DNA of 64,000 bases from Candidatus Latescibacterota bacterium (GCA_965248755.1 OZ252149.1:2592001-2656000); one strand, 5' to 3'; shown: positions 20,883 to 31,900, counted from the first letter of the stretch. Notes: generated by a model from the sequence alone, not told the origin. Numbers and translations are program-made.

Positions 20883-23389
20883 TGTTCAAAGTGACCTCTA
20901 TATGCGTTGGTGTGACGGTGGTTCTCCTCGCTGCGAGAGTTATCGCGCTACCTCCCGAACGGCATCCAGTTCTCCTCTACGAAAAGGTCGATATTCCAGT
21001 CATCAGAGATAGAGTCGAAAGGGAGCCTTACGCCTCGTGGTGGGCTTGGATAAAGGGAAAGTCCGATGAAGCTCTCTCCAAATCGGCAGGCCAGTTGGGG
21101 GATGAAAGGCAAAAGACGAGGTTTGCAAAGGCATTGGCGTTCGCATATATGATTACACAGGATTCGACCTACGCTCAGAAAGCAATAGATGTTATGAAGG
21201 CTGTGAAGTTCCCTCCCAGAGGAGGTAACCTGGGTGAGCCACACGCCGAAGCAGAGGGGGCGGCTAACTATTTTGAGGCCTACGATATACTCTACAACTA
21301 TCTAAGAGGCGATTTGGACTCCGATGGGACTATAAGGGCGATAGCCGTTGAGGAGGCAGACAGGCTCTACGGAGGACTCTCTGTGACCCTGAGGGTGGGA
21401 TTATTCGATGTAAATATGCCTCTATGGCAGACTCCTCACAAGGACAACTGGCATATCAGGGCTTACTCAGCGCTCGGAATGGCGGCGATCGTTCTGTCGG
21501 AATACGAAGGAGCAGTTTCGACTCCCGAGCAATGGGCTGAAAGGGCCAGATCTGTGGTTATGCAGACTATGGATTATCAGATAGATGCAAATGGAGGATA
21601 CGCCGAGGGACCCTTCTACAGCCAATATGCAGCGGATATATATATGCCCTATCTGTTGGCTTTGAAGAGATTCTCAGGCGAGGACCTTTTGAATGATTCC
21701 AAGATCCACTCTATGCACGATTGGTCTTTGAATATAAGGTTGCCAGATGGATCGAGGCCAAACGTGGACGATGCGCATCTGTCGTATTTCTTCGGGAATT
21801 ACCTATCCTCAGTTTATCCGGACGGAGCCGTTCACGCCTGGGACTGGGGTAACGCAAAAGAGCTATATGCCGCCGACTTCTACAGGGTTGACGCAGTGGC
21901 TCTATATGACGACAGAGTCCAGCCTCGGGAGCCCAATCTTAACGCGACGGTTTTTATGCCAGAAGCTGGCGACGCTGTATTCAGAAGCGACTGGTCGAGG
22001 GACGCTATATATATGCTCTTAAGGGGAGAGCACGGAAAGGCAAGGACTAACGGTCTTTCACACGAGCACCCAGACGGCACCAGCTTTATCATCTTCGCTT
22101 ACGGAGAGATGTTAGCTCTGGACGCTGGATATATCGAGTTCGCACAGCACCACAAGGTTAACAAAGCGCTTAACCACAACCTCATCTTGGTCGATGGGAA
22201 GGGGCCTCCTCTAATCGAATTGTCGGGTAACGTCATAGAAGCAGGAGTGGATGCGACTATCAGTAACTTCTTCAGCACGAACTTCCTAGACTACGCGGAA
22301 GTGAAGGCAAGGTACCAGAACACGAATTTCGTAAGGAGCGTGTTCTTTGCGGACAATAAGTACTTCGTGATAATAGACGATATTGATGCTGGAGCGGCGC
22401 ATACGTACGAATGGCTTCTGCACGGCAACGGAGGCGGCACGAGTGCTGGGGAATTTGAATCCAGGGAGAAAGGCGGAAAGTGGAGGATGAGCGATGTGGA
22501 GCTTATAGCCTACATAGCTGCTCCTAACAATGCTCAGATGATCCTAGAGGAGGGAGGCACAGCCGGTGTTCACTCCTTCAGCTACAGGCAGGAGTTAACG
22601 CATACAGTCTTGAAGGCGAGGGCTTCGGGAGAAGATTTAAAATTTCTGAGCGTGCTCTATCCTAAAGCTGTAGATAGCGATGAGCCTGAGATCATCACAC
22701 TGAACGCAGATGGAGGAAGAGGAGTAAAGGTGAATGAAGATGCGATAGCGTACAAAAATAGGGACTCGGCGGGTTTAAGCTTACATAGTTTAAGTGCAGA
22801 CAACGATACCGTTCGGACAGACGGTGAAGCACTATTTGTTAAGTCGTCCCCGCGTTTTCTTTCTACATTCGAATTGTTCGACAGAAACTCCTTCCCAGCG
22901 TGGCTCGGCTGGGGATCTGTAGGTAGACTCAGCGTTCTGGGCGGCAGATTCCTGAAAGTTGGATCTGACAGTCTATTTAGTTCATCGGAGAAGATAACGC
23001 TTGCGCTCGATGCGAATGAGGGGGAATCCTCATTAGAGGGATATTTTAGCGGTGAAAATCCCTTCAGTCTAAAGTTGAGGACAACACTGGAACCCGATTC
23101 AGTCTATGCGAATGGCGCTCCCGTGGACTTTTCTCTCTCCTCTGAAAGTGACATCCTGATCTTTAATCTGCAGGGCCAGGGCACAATAAAGATAGTCCTC
23201 AGGCCTGTCGAGAGCGATTTCAACAGAGACCGTGATGTCGGTCTCGGAGATTTTGTACTGTTCCTCGACGCCTTCGGATCATCGGCCGGGACAACGAATT
23301 ATAGTCCCATATTTGATTTAGATGGAAATGATGAGGTCGGTCTCGGAGATTTTGTGATCTTTCTGGACGATTTTGGCAGCAGTGTATGA
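20873..23389 (+). CDS. secreted heparinase II/III-like lyase with C-terminal dockerin/EF-hand-like repeat
   Basis: Signal peptide; GGYAEGPFY, VFRSDW, HEHPDGTSF, HNLILVDG; DFNRDRDVGLGDF and DLDGNDEVGLGDF repeats. Confidence 0.82.
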   Translation: MLLMFKVTSICVGVTVVLLAARVIALPPERHPVLLYEKVDIPVIRDRVEREPYASWWAWIKGKSDEALSKSAGQLGDERQKTRFAKALAFAYMITQDSTYAQKAIDVMKAVKFPPRGGNLGEPHAEAEGAANYFEAYDILYNYLRGDLDSDGTIRAIAVEEADRLYGGLSVTLRVGLFDVNMPLWQTPHKDNWHIRAYSALGMAAIVLSEYEGAVSTPEQWAERARSVVMQTMDYQIDANGGYAEGPFYSQYAADIYMPYLLALKRFSGEDLLNDSKIHSMHDWSLNIRLPDGSRPNVDDAHLSYFFGNYLSSVYPDGAVHAWDWGNAKELYAADFYRVDAVALYDDRVQPREPNLNATVFMPEAGDAVFRSDWSRDAIYMLLRGEHGKARTNGLSHEHPDGTSFIIFAYGEMLALDAGYIEFAQHHKVNKALNHNLILVDGKGPPLIELSGNVIEAGVDATISNFFSTNFLDYAEVKARYQNTNFVRSVFFADNKYFVIIDDIDAGAAHTYEWLLHGNGGGTSAGEFESREKGGKWRMSDVELIAYIAAPNNAQMILEEGGTAGVHSFSYRQELTHTVLKARASGEDLKFLSVLYPKAVDSDEPEIITLNADGGRGVKVNEDAIAYKNRDSAGLSLHSLSADNDTVRTDGEALFVKSSPRFLSTFELFDRNSFPAWLGWGSVGRLSVLGGRFLKVGSDSLFSSSEKITLALDANEGESSLEGYFSGENPFSLKLRTTLEPDSVYANGAPVDFSLSSESDILIFNLQGQGTIKIVLRPVESDFNRDRDVGLGDFVLFLDAFGSSAGTTNYSPIFDLDGNDEVGLGDFVIFLDDFGSSV

Positions 23390-23550
23390 GTAACAAGTGA
23401 ACGGGGATGAGAGGAAGTGTCCCAATCTGCTGGACAGACAAGAATGTCTGTATTACCTGCGAGATTGTTTCGCTGTCCCCGATTTAACCCCCGATAGATT
23501 CAATCAGGGGGGGTCGTAATGACAGTATAGTAGGCTCGCAACGAAATTGC

Positions 23551-24042
23551 TTAGCTTCGACTCTTAGTCATTGCGAGAGGCTTATGACCCGAAGATAGAG
23601 CCTTGGGTATCCTGGGTTTGAGCCCATCTAAGCGGATCTGCACTATGTGTTTTTCCCATTCGGACTTCTGCTCGGTAAAGAGGCTCGACCTGATAGGAGC
23701 GTCGGAAAAGATCGTTCTCCAATCGGTATTTACCATCAGAGATTCTATCTCGTCAGGCGAACATCCTGAAGCGTAAAGCCCTCCCATCACACTGCCCATG
23801 CTGGTCCCAGCGATCATTTCTATGGTTACATTCTCCCTTTCTAGCGCTCTGAGCACACCTATCTGAGCGATGCCCCTTGCTCCCCCTCCACTTAACGCCA
23901 GACCGATTTTGGGTCTGTTTGATCCGGACTCGCCTTCGATCTGCCGTGTAAGAAGAGGGGCTGGAAGGAGGAGTAATGTGATAATTAGAGCTATCATCGT
24001 GTACATTGTGTCCCTCGGCGATTTCAGAGTACTCGCATACAA
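23551..24042 (-). pseudogene. patatin-like phospholipase, C-terminally truncated
   Basis: GLALSGGGARG and GTSMG motifs; no DGG motif, ORF ends in a REP cluster. Confidence 0.8.
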
Positions 24043-24275
24043 ATATATGACAAACTCAAAGATCAGTCGAGCCGCAAGATTCGTAATCTTTCTGTATCTT
24101 TGTATTTTTACTTTTACAGACTGAATTTAGATTCTTGACAAATCACGAAAAAACATTATCACTGCACCCATAGAAGTTGTCATCTGTTCCTAAGTCGCTA
24201 TCATCGTATAAAGAGGGTCCACATCAGTCATTTCCAGAAAGGACAGATCTGTCCTGCTTTTGATCTTTACTCTAT

Positions 24276-24461
24276 CCCGGATTTACCCGGCCAGGAGTAG
24301 GACAAAAATGCCTGCATCACCTCTGACGATACCCCCTTAACCCTTCCACCTAACTCCTGATTGTATTTCTCAATAAAGTAATCGACAAGGAAAAAGGGAA
24401 GGTCCTCGATATGCTCGCGTAGCGGCGGCAGGACGATAGGAACGACGTTAAGGCATAAGAA
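24276..24461 (-). pseudogene. internal fragment of a sigma54-activator AAA+ gene carried next to IS1380
   Basis: Manual translation LNVVPIVLPPLREHIEDLPFFLVDYFIEKYNQELGGRVKGVSSEVMQAFLSYSWPG. Confidence 0.85.
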
Positions 24462-26087
24462 CCGACATTCCCCATATCACATTCATGAGGGATTATATTT
24501 CGATACATTCTTGTTTCTGAATTAATATTACCACTTTTACATTTTTCAACAAGTACTTTTTTCAATTAAAATAGTATTTTCCTCTGAATTATCACTTTCT
24601 TTGTGTTTAAATCCTCCAATTAGAGACACCTCTCCATCGACTCACAAAAAAATGTGGCAGTTTAAACAGAATAACATCGCAATCGTTCAATCCGGGATAA
24701 TATTTCGGCAAATAACCTCTTGTCTATCCCAACCTCAGCCATTTGAAACGTAATATATCCGCTGTGTCTGACAATCTTCGCTCCGATTTTGATAAATTTC
24801 ACGAGGAGGCTGCGTAGTGACCAGTGTTTGATTTTCTTCGGAAGAACAAAACGTCGCAGGAAGTTGCCCAAGTTGTAAGCCAGAACAAACAGCCAGAGCC
24901 TCACCTGATTGGAGACGAAACGCTTGCATGAGAGTCGGGTCCAGTTCAGAGCATACTTGCCCTCCTTAATCCACTGCTCAGCTCTGCCACGGCCATTGTA
25001 GAAGTGTACCACGCCTTCTGGCTTGGCGCTCATGTTGGTCACGATAAATCCCACTCTTGGGAATAACTCCCCTTGGTGCCATTCAACCTTGGCGACCACT
25101 CGCCTCGATTGATCCCAACTGGCCGCTTTATATTGAAATTCATATAACGATACAATCGGTTTCCTCGGCGGTCGTCCAACTGGCCGAGTCAGCAGGTATC
25201 GTATCTTTTCATAGAGTATCTCATTTGCGGGAAGCCGAATGGCATACAAATAGCCGTTTCCCTCCAGATAATCATAAATCTCAGGCTTTGCGAATGCAGC
25301 ATCGCCTCGAAAGTATTTCCTATTCTTCTTGCTCTCGTATCTCTTGACGATCGGTTCCAGAACTTCCTTCCAACGATCAGCACTGTGAACATTACCAGAG
25401 CGAAGTAGGACTCCTTCACAATCCCCGAACTGATTGAAGCAGAACACTGGATGAAAACAGGTACATCCGAAATGACCGTTGTAAGCTGATCCTTCCTGCT
25501 GGCCATGTACCGGACTCTCCGAACTGTCCATGTCCAGAATGATTCGTTGATGCTGTGTTTTACTCATCGCTTTTTGAACCCACTTGCCATTGATATCTGA
25601 CAAGTTTCTGAGATTGTCATGCTGAGTCAGTATATCAGTTTCAAAACGTCCTATCGTGTTGGAGCTGGCAGCTTGCCTGCCTTTGTCCTTCTTTCCGGTA
25701 ATCGCTCGCATGACGGGATCAACGGATAATCGCTCGGCGTCATTTACATCTTCATATCCTGCAAGACGGCTGTATATCGATTGACGCAGGAGAGTAGATA
25801 TATCATGTTGGATATTACGGCCTGTGCGTTTATCGGTAAAAACCGCTGATACCGAATCAAATAATCCCAGTGCGTAATCAAGGTCACGATACGCAAGAAG
25901 TCCACCGTTTGATGTCACCTTTGCACCATGAAATTCAAGCTTTATTCCTCCATCAAAACCTACTTTCATTCTTTCACCCTCTGGATGATCAATATTTATC
26001 CGCCATTTATGAGTCTTATTTATTGTAATATAACATGTTCTGGCGACTTTGACAACCATTTTTCGGGTCTAATATGGCGAATGGGGG
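24462..26087 (-). mobile_element. IS1380-family insertion sequence, copy 1
   Basis: 16-bp IRs CCCCCATTCGCCATAT / CCGACATTCCCCATAT; left part matches 63523-64000. Confidence 0.93.
24662..25969 (-). CDS. IS1380 DDE transposase, apparently intact
   Basis: TSNGGLL, LAGYEDVND, LDMDSS..HGQQEG..YNGH, FRGDAAF, YNGRGRAEQWIKEGK. Confidence 0.95.
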   Translation of the reverse strand: MKVGFDGGIKLEFHGAKVTSNGGLLAYRDLDYALGLFDSVSAVFTDKRTGRNIQHDISTLLRQSIYSRLAGYEDVNDAERLSVDPVMRAITGKKDKGRQAASSNTIGRFETDILTQHDNLRNLSDINGKWVQKAMSKTQHQRIILDMDSSESPVHGQQEGSAYNGHFGCTCFHPVFCFNQFGDCEGVLLRSGNVHSADRWKEVLEPIVKRYESKKNRKYFRGDAAFAKPEIYDYLEGNGYLYAIRLPANEILYEKIRYLLTRPVGRPPRKPIVSLYEFQYKAASWDQSRRVVAKVEWHQGELFPRVGFIVTNMSAKPEGVVHFYNGRGRAEQWIKEGKYALNWTRLSCKRFVSNQVRLWLFVLAYNLGNFLRRFVLPKKIKHWSLRSLLVKFIKIGAKIVRHSGYITFQMAEVGIDKRLFAEILSRIERLRCYSV

Positions 26088-26227
26088 TCTATACTGTCTG
26101 CAAGATAGCTTTGGTGGCCCTTCTGTTCACTCTGGGCTTCGGCTGACAAGCAGACTGTTTTACTTCTACTTTCAGTCATAAAAGAGTCAAATGCCCGAAC
26201 CAGACTCATCCTACTGTTTACTTTCTA

Positions 26228-26256
26228 TTGACTTATAGGAGATGCTTTTCTATATT
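26228..26256 (+). promoter_or_regulatory. sigma70 promoter
   Basis: TTGACT-N17-TATATT. Confidence 0.5.
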
Positions 26257-26329
26257 GTTATTGATACGTATTGAACAGAAAAAACTTTAGGGCATATTCA
26301 AATTAAATTTATAAGGAGGGGAATGGGCA

Positions 26330-27508
26330 ATGATTACGCCTGTTATAATGCCAAAGTTGGGATTGACAATGGAGAAAGGGTCAGTGGCAGAGTGGCACGC
26401 AAAGGAGGGGGAAAGAATAGTAAAGGGCGAGCCGCTGTTTGTGGCGACGACCGATAAGGCGGATATGGAGATAGAGGCCCCGGCATCTGGTATTTTGAGG
26501 AAGATCCTCGTTGACATGGACGTGGATGTGCCGGTGACCGAGCATATCGCGATCATAGCGGACGAAGACGACGATATAAGCGAATATTTGAAGGGAGCAG
26601 AGCCCGCGAAAGTTGAACAGACAAAAGAGGTCGCAGAGCCCCCACAGACGACAGTCCAAGAGGAAAAGGCTCCCGCCAAGAGCCCAGGAGGAAGGATAAT
26701 TGCGTCTCCTGCGGCAAAGAGGGTCGCGAAGGAAAGAGGAATAGATCTTTCCCTTATAGAAGGCACAGGCCCCGGAGGAAGGATTACAACCGAAGACGTG
26801 GAGAGATTCTCCCCCGAAGAAGCAGTAAAGATAAAGGAGGAACTAGTCCCCTTAACGAGAATAGAGGGTGTAGCAGCCGAAAGATTAACGGAGGCATCGA
26901 GGGATATTCCCCACATCAATCTGTTTATGGACGTAAATTGCGAAAGCATAGTCCAGATAAGAGTGGATCTGAGCCAAAGGGGGATCTCTGCCTCCTACAA
27001 CGACATTATCGTCAAAGCCCTCGCCTCCACCCTGAGGGAGTTCCCAAGGGTCAATTCGATCCTGGAGGGGGTAAATATCAGGTTGCTCCCCGACATAAAT
27101 ATAGGTATTGCCACAGCGACCGATCAGGGCCTTATGGTTCCGGTCTTAAAAAATGCGGGCAGGCTGGACATTGCTGGGATAGCACAAGAGACCGCCAAGC
27201 TGACAGAGTCGGCAAGGAGCGGGACATTGAGCCTGGATGACATAAGCGGAGGCACTTTTACGATCACCAATTTGGGGATGTACGGCGTAAGCAGATTCAC
27301 AGCCATCATAAATCCCCCTCAGGTGGCTATCCTATCTGTGGGGGCTATAGTAAAAAGGGTGGTCGTAGTTGACGATAACACCTTTAAGATACAGCCGGCT
27401 ATGACTCTCAACCTGGTATGTGATCACAGGGTAATAGACGGAGCCTTAGGGGCTAAGTGTTTGAAGAAATTGAAGGAGACGTTAGAAACAGTAGACAGCG
27501 TACAGTAG
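26330..27508 (+). CDS. 2-oxoacid dehydrogenase E2 dihydrolipoamide acyltransferase
   Basis: Lipoyl TDKA, E3-binding ASPAAKRVA, GGTFTITNLG, DHRVIDG. Confidence 0.93.
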   Translation: MITPVIMPKLGLTMEKGSVAEWHAKEGERIVKGEPLFVATTDKADMEIEAPASGILRKILVDMDVDVPVTEHIAIIADEDDDISEYLKGAEPAKVEQTKEVAEPPQTTVQEEKAPAKSPGGRIIASPAAKRVAKERGIDLSLIEGTGPGGRITTEDVERFSPEEAVKIKEELVPLTRIEGVAAERLTEASRDIPHINLFMDVNCESIVQIRVDLSQRGISASYNDIIVKALASTLREFPRVNSILEGVNIRLLPDINIGIATATDQGLMVPVLKNAGRLDIAGIAQETAKLTESARSGTLSLDDISGGTFTITNLGMYGVSRFTAIINPPQVAILSVGAIVKRVVVVDDNTFKIQPAMTLNLVCDHRVIDGALGAKCLKKLKETLETVDSVQ

Positions 27509-27637
27509 ACAGGGCACCTCCTCTCACACCACCAGATTGCTTCAGGGTGGATGCCCCTCTCCGATATGTCCCCCAGGAGCCAATCTCAAGTAGACTCCCT
27601 CTCCCTGTCTGCTGTCCACCTATGTATGGGGAAGGAG

Positions 27638-29083
27638 ATGAACCTTCACAGGGGAAAAATAGGAAATAGACTTGTCGTAACCTTTATATCCTTTGTGGCT
27701 TTGATCGTTGGTTTAAGCGGCTTTTTCCTTTACAGGACAGCAAGGAGGAATCTGGACGAGGAACTCGGGTGGAAGCTTATAGCTATTGCTCAGACAGTAG
27801 CCGTTCAGATAGATCCCGATGTCCTTTTGAGATTGGAACCCGGATACGAAAAGAGCCGCACCTACAGGAATATACTGCGAAAACTCCAGAGGACCAAAGA
27901 CGCTACGGATGTAAGAAAACTCTACATCTTCAACAGTAAGAACAGAGGCATTGTAGATAGCGATCCTGATGTTCCTATCGGGTATGAGTACGTGAGGCTC
28001 AAGTCCGACTTAAGGGAACTGAGGTCTGTATGGAGCGGAAAACCGGCTCACTCTGTCCTCTTTAAGGGAAACGACGGGAGGTTTTACAAGACAGGATACG
28101 CCCCTCTTATAGATGATAAACGCAAGACTGTAGCTGTCGTTGCGGTTCAGACGGGCGCGGCTTTTGTCCGGACTATAGAGAACTTCAAACGGAACGTCAT
28201 TATGTTCGGGACGATAGCCCTCGTTTTAGCGATAGTAATCGGTCTTTTTTTGTCCAGGACAATAACAGATCCGATAGACAGTCTTGTGGAAGCAGCAAGG
28301 AGGATCGGAAGCGGAGATATGGACACCCCCATTCTGGTTGGGTCTAAAGATGAGGTCGGATACCTGGCTTTGTCTATGGACAGAATGAGAAAAGATATAA
28401 CAGAAAGAGATAACAGACTCAAGATGATGCTGTCAGCGGTCGCTCACGAGATACGAAACCCTTTAGGAGGCATTGAGATATTTGCTGGTTTGATACAGGA
28501 CGAACTTGAAAACGGGTCGCAGGAACAGGAAAACGCAAAGAAGATAATAAAGGAATCAAGGAACCTCGACAGGATAATAACCGAGTTTTTGGATTTCGCC
28601 AGACCGTCCGAGCCTCAAAAGTCATCCGTATCGTTGAAATCGTTGATAGATGAAGCCTATTCACTAGTTTCAACTGAAATTGAGAACAAGAAGATAGATT
28701 TTAAGACTCAACTGAACGATGGCGAGGTCAATGTCTATGTTGATCCCGAACAGATCAAAAGGGCGCTGATAAACGTTTTCAAAAACGCAGTTCAGGCTAT
28801 GCCAAAGGGAGGCTGTGTGATCGTAAGAGGCGGTGCGACCACCCCGCATGAGATGAACGGGGAGTTCGCCTCTGTGCTCGTGGAGGACACAGGGCCGGGC
28901 ATACCCGAGAAGGATATCGAGAGGCTCTTTGAACCTTTCTTTACGACCAAGGAGAAGGGAGTTGGATTAGGGCTTTCGATAGTCAAAAAGACCATTCAGG
29001 ACAACGGCGGATCGATAGAAGCTCAAAATGGCTCAAAAGGAGCTATCTTTCGCATTGCTCTGCCGCTTTCTAAGAGATCATAG
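27638..29083 (+). CDS. HAMP-domain sensor histidine kinase
   Basis: Two TM helices, AHEIRNPL, EDTGPGI, FFTTKEKGVGLGL; start set by the AAGGAG RBS. Confidence 0.93.
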   Translation: MNLHRGKIGNRLVVTFISFVALIVGLSGFFLYRTARRNLDEELGWKLIAIAQTVAVQIDPDVLLRLEPGYEKSRTYRNILRKLQRTKDATDVRKLYIFNSKNRGIVDSDPDVPIGYEYVRLKSDLRELRSVWSGKPAHSVLFKGNDGRFYKTGYAPLIDDKRKTVAVVAVQTGAAFVRTIENFKRNVIMFGTIALVLAIVIGLFLSRTITDPIDSLVEAARRIGSGDMDTPILVGSKDEVGYLALSMDRMRKDITERDNRLKMMLSAVAHEIRNPLGGIEIFAGLIQDELENGSQEQENAKKIIKESRNLDRIITEFLDFARPSEPQKSSVSLKSLIDEAYSLVSTEIENKKIDFKTQLNDGEVNVYVDPEQIKRALINVFKNAVQAMPKGGCVIVRGGATTPHEMNGEFASVLVEDTGPGIPEKDIERLFEPFFTTKEKGVGLGLSIVKKTIQDNGGSIEAQNGSKGAIFRIALPLSKRS

Positions 29084-29202
29084 AGCTAGGGGCTGGGTTT
29101 CCCAGTCCTTTGGCTAGGGCACTTCGTGCATTGCTGTCTGCGCCTCATCCTCCCTAACAAAAAGCACACACGGAACTCCCCCCTACAGACTGTCTAGTAA
29201 GT

Positions 29203-30582
29203 ATGAGCAATATACTGGTAATAGAGGACAACGACACGATGAGGGATGGAATATCCCTGATACTCAAAAAGGAAGGTCATCAGGTAACTGAGGCTCTCGA
29301 GGGTAAGGAGGGAGTGGAGACCTTCCGAAAGGGAAAGTTCGATCTTGTGATCACGGACTACAGGATGGAGGGCATGGACGGCATCGAGGTGCTCAAAGAG
29401 CTCAAACAAATAGACAAAGACGTGGACGTAGTCCTCATAACTGCATACGGAACGATACCCATAGCTGTGAAGGCTATGAAGACAGGGGCATCGGACTTTA
29501 TTACCAAGCCCTTTTCTCCCGATGAATTTAAGATCAAAATAGATAAGGTTCTGCAATTTAGAGAGGCTAAGACCTTGGGGAGAAAGCTTGTCGAGGAGAA
29601 CCGATATCTTAGGGAGGAGATAGAGGTCCGGTACAATTTCAAGGAGATAGTCGGAAGATCTCCTAGTATGATGGAGGTATTAAGCAAGGTAGGAAAAATA
29701 GCGCGCACCGATTCCTCAGTTCTGATTCAGGGCGAAAGCGGAACAGGAAAGGAGCTTGTGGCAAGGGCTATTCACTTTCAAAGCCCCAGAAAGGACGGGC
29801 CATTTATAAAGGTCAACTGCGCCGCGCTTGCTGAAGGGGTCTTAGAAAGCGAACTTTTCGGCCACGAAAAAGGGTCGTTTACGGGGGCCTTAAGGCAGAA
29901 GAAGGGGAAATTTGAACTTGCAGAGAGCGGCTCGATATTCTTAGATGAGATAGGCGACATACCAAAATCTGTGCAGATCAGGCTCCTTAGGGTCTTACAG
30001 GAAAAGGAGATAGAGCGGGTCGGAGGCGAAAGAACTATTAGTCTCGATGTCCGAATTGTCGCAGCTACTAACAAGGACCTCAAGGAGTTGGTCTCAGAGG
30101 GCAAGTTCAGAGAGGACATCTACTACCGGCTGAACATCATCCCATTAGAACTTCCCCCCTTAAGGGACAGGACAGAGGACATCAAGGAACTGGTGTGCCA
30201 CTTCCTAAACCTTAAATGTTCGGACATGAAGATAAAGAAGATGGGCATTGAGCCGGAAGCTATGGACATCCTCTCCCATTACGATTGGCCTGGAAATGTC
30301 AGAGAACTTGAAAACATTGTAGAAAGAGCCATAGTCCTATCCGACGGAGACACCATCAAGGCTAGCGATCTTCCCATACTGCTTGAGATTCCCCTCTCAA
30401 ACGATTTCCTAAGACTCCCTAAAGAGGACATGCCTCTAAACGACTCCCTTGAGAGCCTTGAAAGACAGCTTATAGAAAAAGCTATGGACAAGGCCTCCGG
30501 CGTTAAGATGAAGGCGGCCCAAATGCTGGGGCTGAAGACGAGCTCCCTCTATTATAAGCTCGAAAAGTACGGGATGGTATGA
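29203..30582 (+). CDS. NtrC-family sigma54-dependent response regulator
   Basis: REC domain, GESGTGKE, GSFTGA, WPGNVRELEN, Fis-type HTH. Confidence 0.95.
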   Translation: MSNILVIEDNDTMRDGISLILKKEGHQVTEALEGKEGVETFRKGKFDLVITDYRMEGMDGIEVLKELKQIDKDVDVVLITAYGTIPIAVKAMKTGASDFITKPFSPDEFKIKIDKVLQFREAKTLGRKLVEENRYLREEIEVRYNFKEIVGRSPSMMEVLSKVGKIARTDSSVLIQGESGTGKELVARAIHFQSPRKDGPFIKVNCAALAEGVLESELFGHEKGSFTGALRQKKGKFELAESGSIFLDEIGDIPKSVQIRLLRVLQEKEIERVGGERTISLDVRIVAATNKDLKELVSEGKFREDIYYRLNIIPLELPPLRDRTEDIKELVCHFLNLKCSDMKIKKMGIEPEAMDILSHYDWPGNVRELENIVERAIVLSDGDTIKASDLPILLEIPLSNDFLRLPKEDMPLNDSLESLERQLIEKAMDKASGVKMKAAQMLGLKTSSLYYKLEKYGMV

Positions 30583-30605
30583 TTTTTGCGCTATATTTTT
30601 GACAG

Positions 30606-30631
30606 GTAGGGGCGAACCCGTATGTTCGCCC
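30606..30631 (+). repeat. GTAG-tagged REP palindrome
   Basis: GTAG GGGCGAAC ccgtat GTTCGCCC. Confidence 0.75.
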
Positions 30632-30835
30632 AACATGGACAAAATTACCCTCCATGATTAATGTCGGTACAGGGTTTCCCTTCCGACGCGCGAGGTGCCG
30701 TGGCCGCTCTGTCAGGGAGGATGAGATGTAGCCAGCAAAGCCGGAAGTGCCGTAGTCCGCACAGACAAGGTAGACAGATTTACATTCAGGAGATGACAGA
30801 TCCTACTGATACGAACATTTACAAAGATATTAGGC

Positions 30836-31900
30836 TTGTCTTTGATACTGATCAGCGTAGGAATTACTGGAATCTACGCAGACGACCAGATAGATAGCCT
30901 GCAAATGGAAATCAGCAGGCTTGAGGTTCTAAAAGACAGTCTTTCCTCCGTGGATCAGAGCTTGATAGCACGAAGCGATAGCCTCTCTCATGTCATAGAC
31001 CGGCTAAAGGCAAAGATCGAAGATCTAACGGGCGTTATCATCGAGTACAGACTCGAAAAAGAGCTCAGATACGCTCAAAAGATTGCAGAAACGACACAGA
31101 GCGTAAGAGATAAAATGAATTCTGTAGATAATAAATTAGCAGACAGAAAAGCAAAACTAAGGGTCCTGTATCAAAAAGAGATAGATCTTCTGTTCATACA
31201 GCTTAAGGAGACGGACTCCCACGAGGATAAAAGGAAACTGATAGACAAAATAAAAGAGTATTCTTCCGCCAAGGGGAGTCTCAAAACCTCCGGCAAATTT
31301 CCGGAACTTGGGGAAGTCGGAGCTAAAGATATGGAGATCGAGCGGGACGATGGGCCAGAGGAAATAAGGGAAAAAGCTGATCTTTTAAGCGACATCGCCG
31401 ACAAACTTAAGAGGACTTTAGAAAAGATAGAAAGTAAGATGAAGGACCTATCTGAGGAGAAAGATGCGCGCGATAAGATGCAGGAATTTTCCGAGGAGAT
31501 ATCCTTCTTCGATGAAGACCTCTTCACAAGCAGGACTATAGGTTCGACTTCAAAAGAAGTGGCCTTGGCCTCCGGAGGTAAAGGGGGAAAAGACAGGGGT
31601 GCAGATCCAACTTTTGTCGATAACGTGTCAGACGCTGAAGGTTTTGCCCCGAGTCTCCCGGAGGAACCCGCTCAGACTGAGAATGTGACCGAACTCTTTT
31701 CGGGTTCCTCATCAGATAGAGATATAGCTTCATCAGGCGAGGTCCTTTCCGCTGCATCGAATAATGTAGAGACAGAGATAAATAAGCTCAGAGATGAAAA
31801 TGAAAGGCTCAAAGAGAAGTTTTCCAATTTGAAAGAAAGAGCCCAGAGGCTTTACCACATAGCCCGAGAAATGGAGACCGCACCGGAGAACGATAGGTGA
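30836..31900 (+). CDS. secreted coiled-coil hypothetical protein
   Basis: Hydrophobic N-terminus, heptad-rich; start uncertain. Confidence 0.7.
   Translation: MSLILISVGITGIYADDQIDSLQMEISRLEVLKDSLSSVDQSLIARSDSLSHVIDRLKAKIEDLTGVIIEYRLEKELRYAQKIAETTQSVRDKMNSVDNKLADRKAKLRVLYQKEIDLLFIQLKETDSHEDKRKLIDKIKEYSSAKGSLKTSGKFPELGEVGAKDMEIERDDGPEEIREKADLLSDIADKLKRTLEKIESKMKDLSEEKDARDKMQEFSEEISFFDEDLFTSRTIGSTSKEVALASGGKGGKDRGADPTFVDNVSDAEGFAPSLPEEPAQTENVTELFSGSSSDRDIASSGEVLSAASNNVETEINKLRDENERLKEKFSNLKERAQRLYHIAREMETAPENDR

Noticed and set aside
24297..24321. GTAGGACAAAAATGCCTGC as a REP copy
   Set aside because: It is coding sequence of the captured activator fragment (MQAFLSY) and lacks the palindrome
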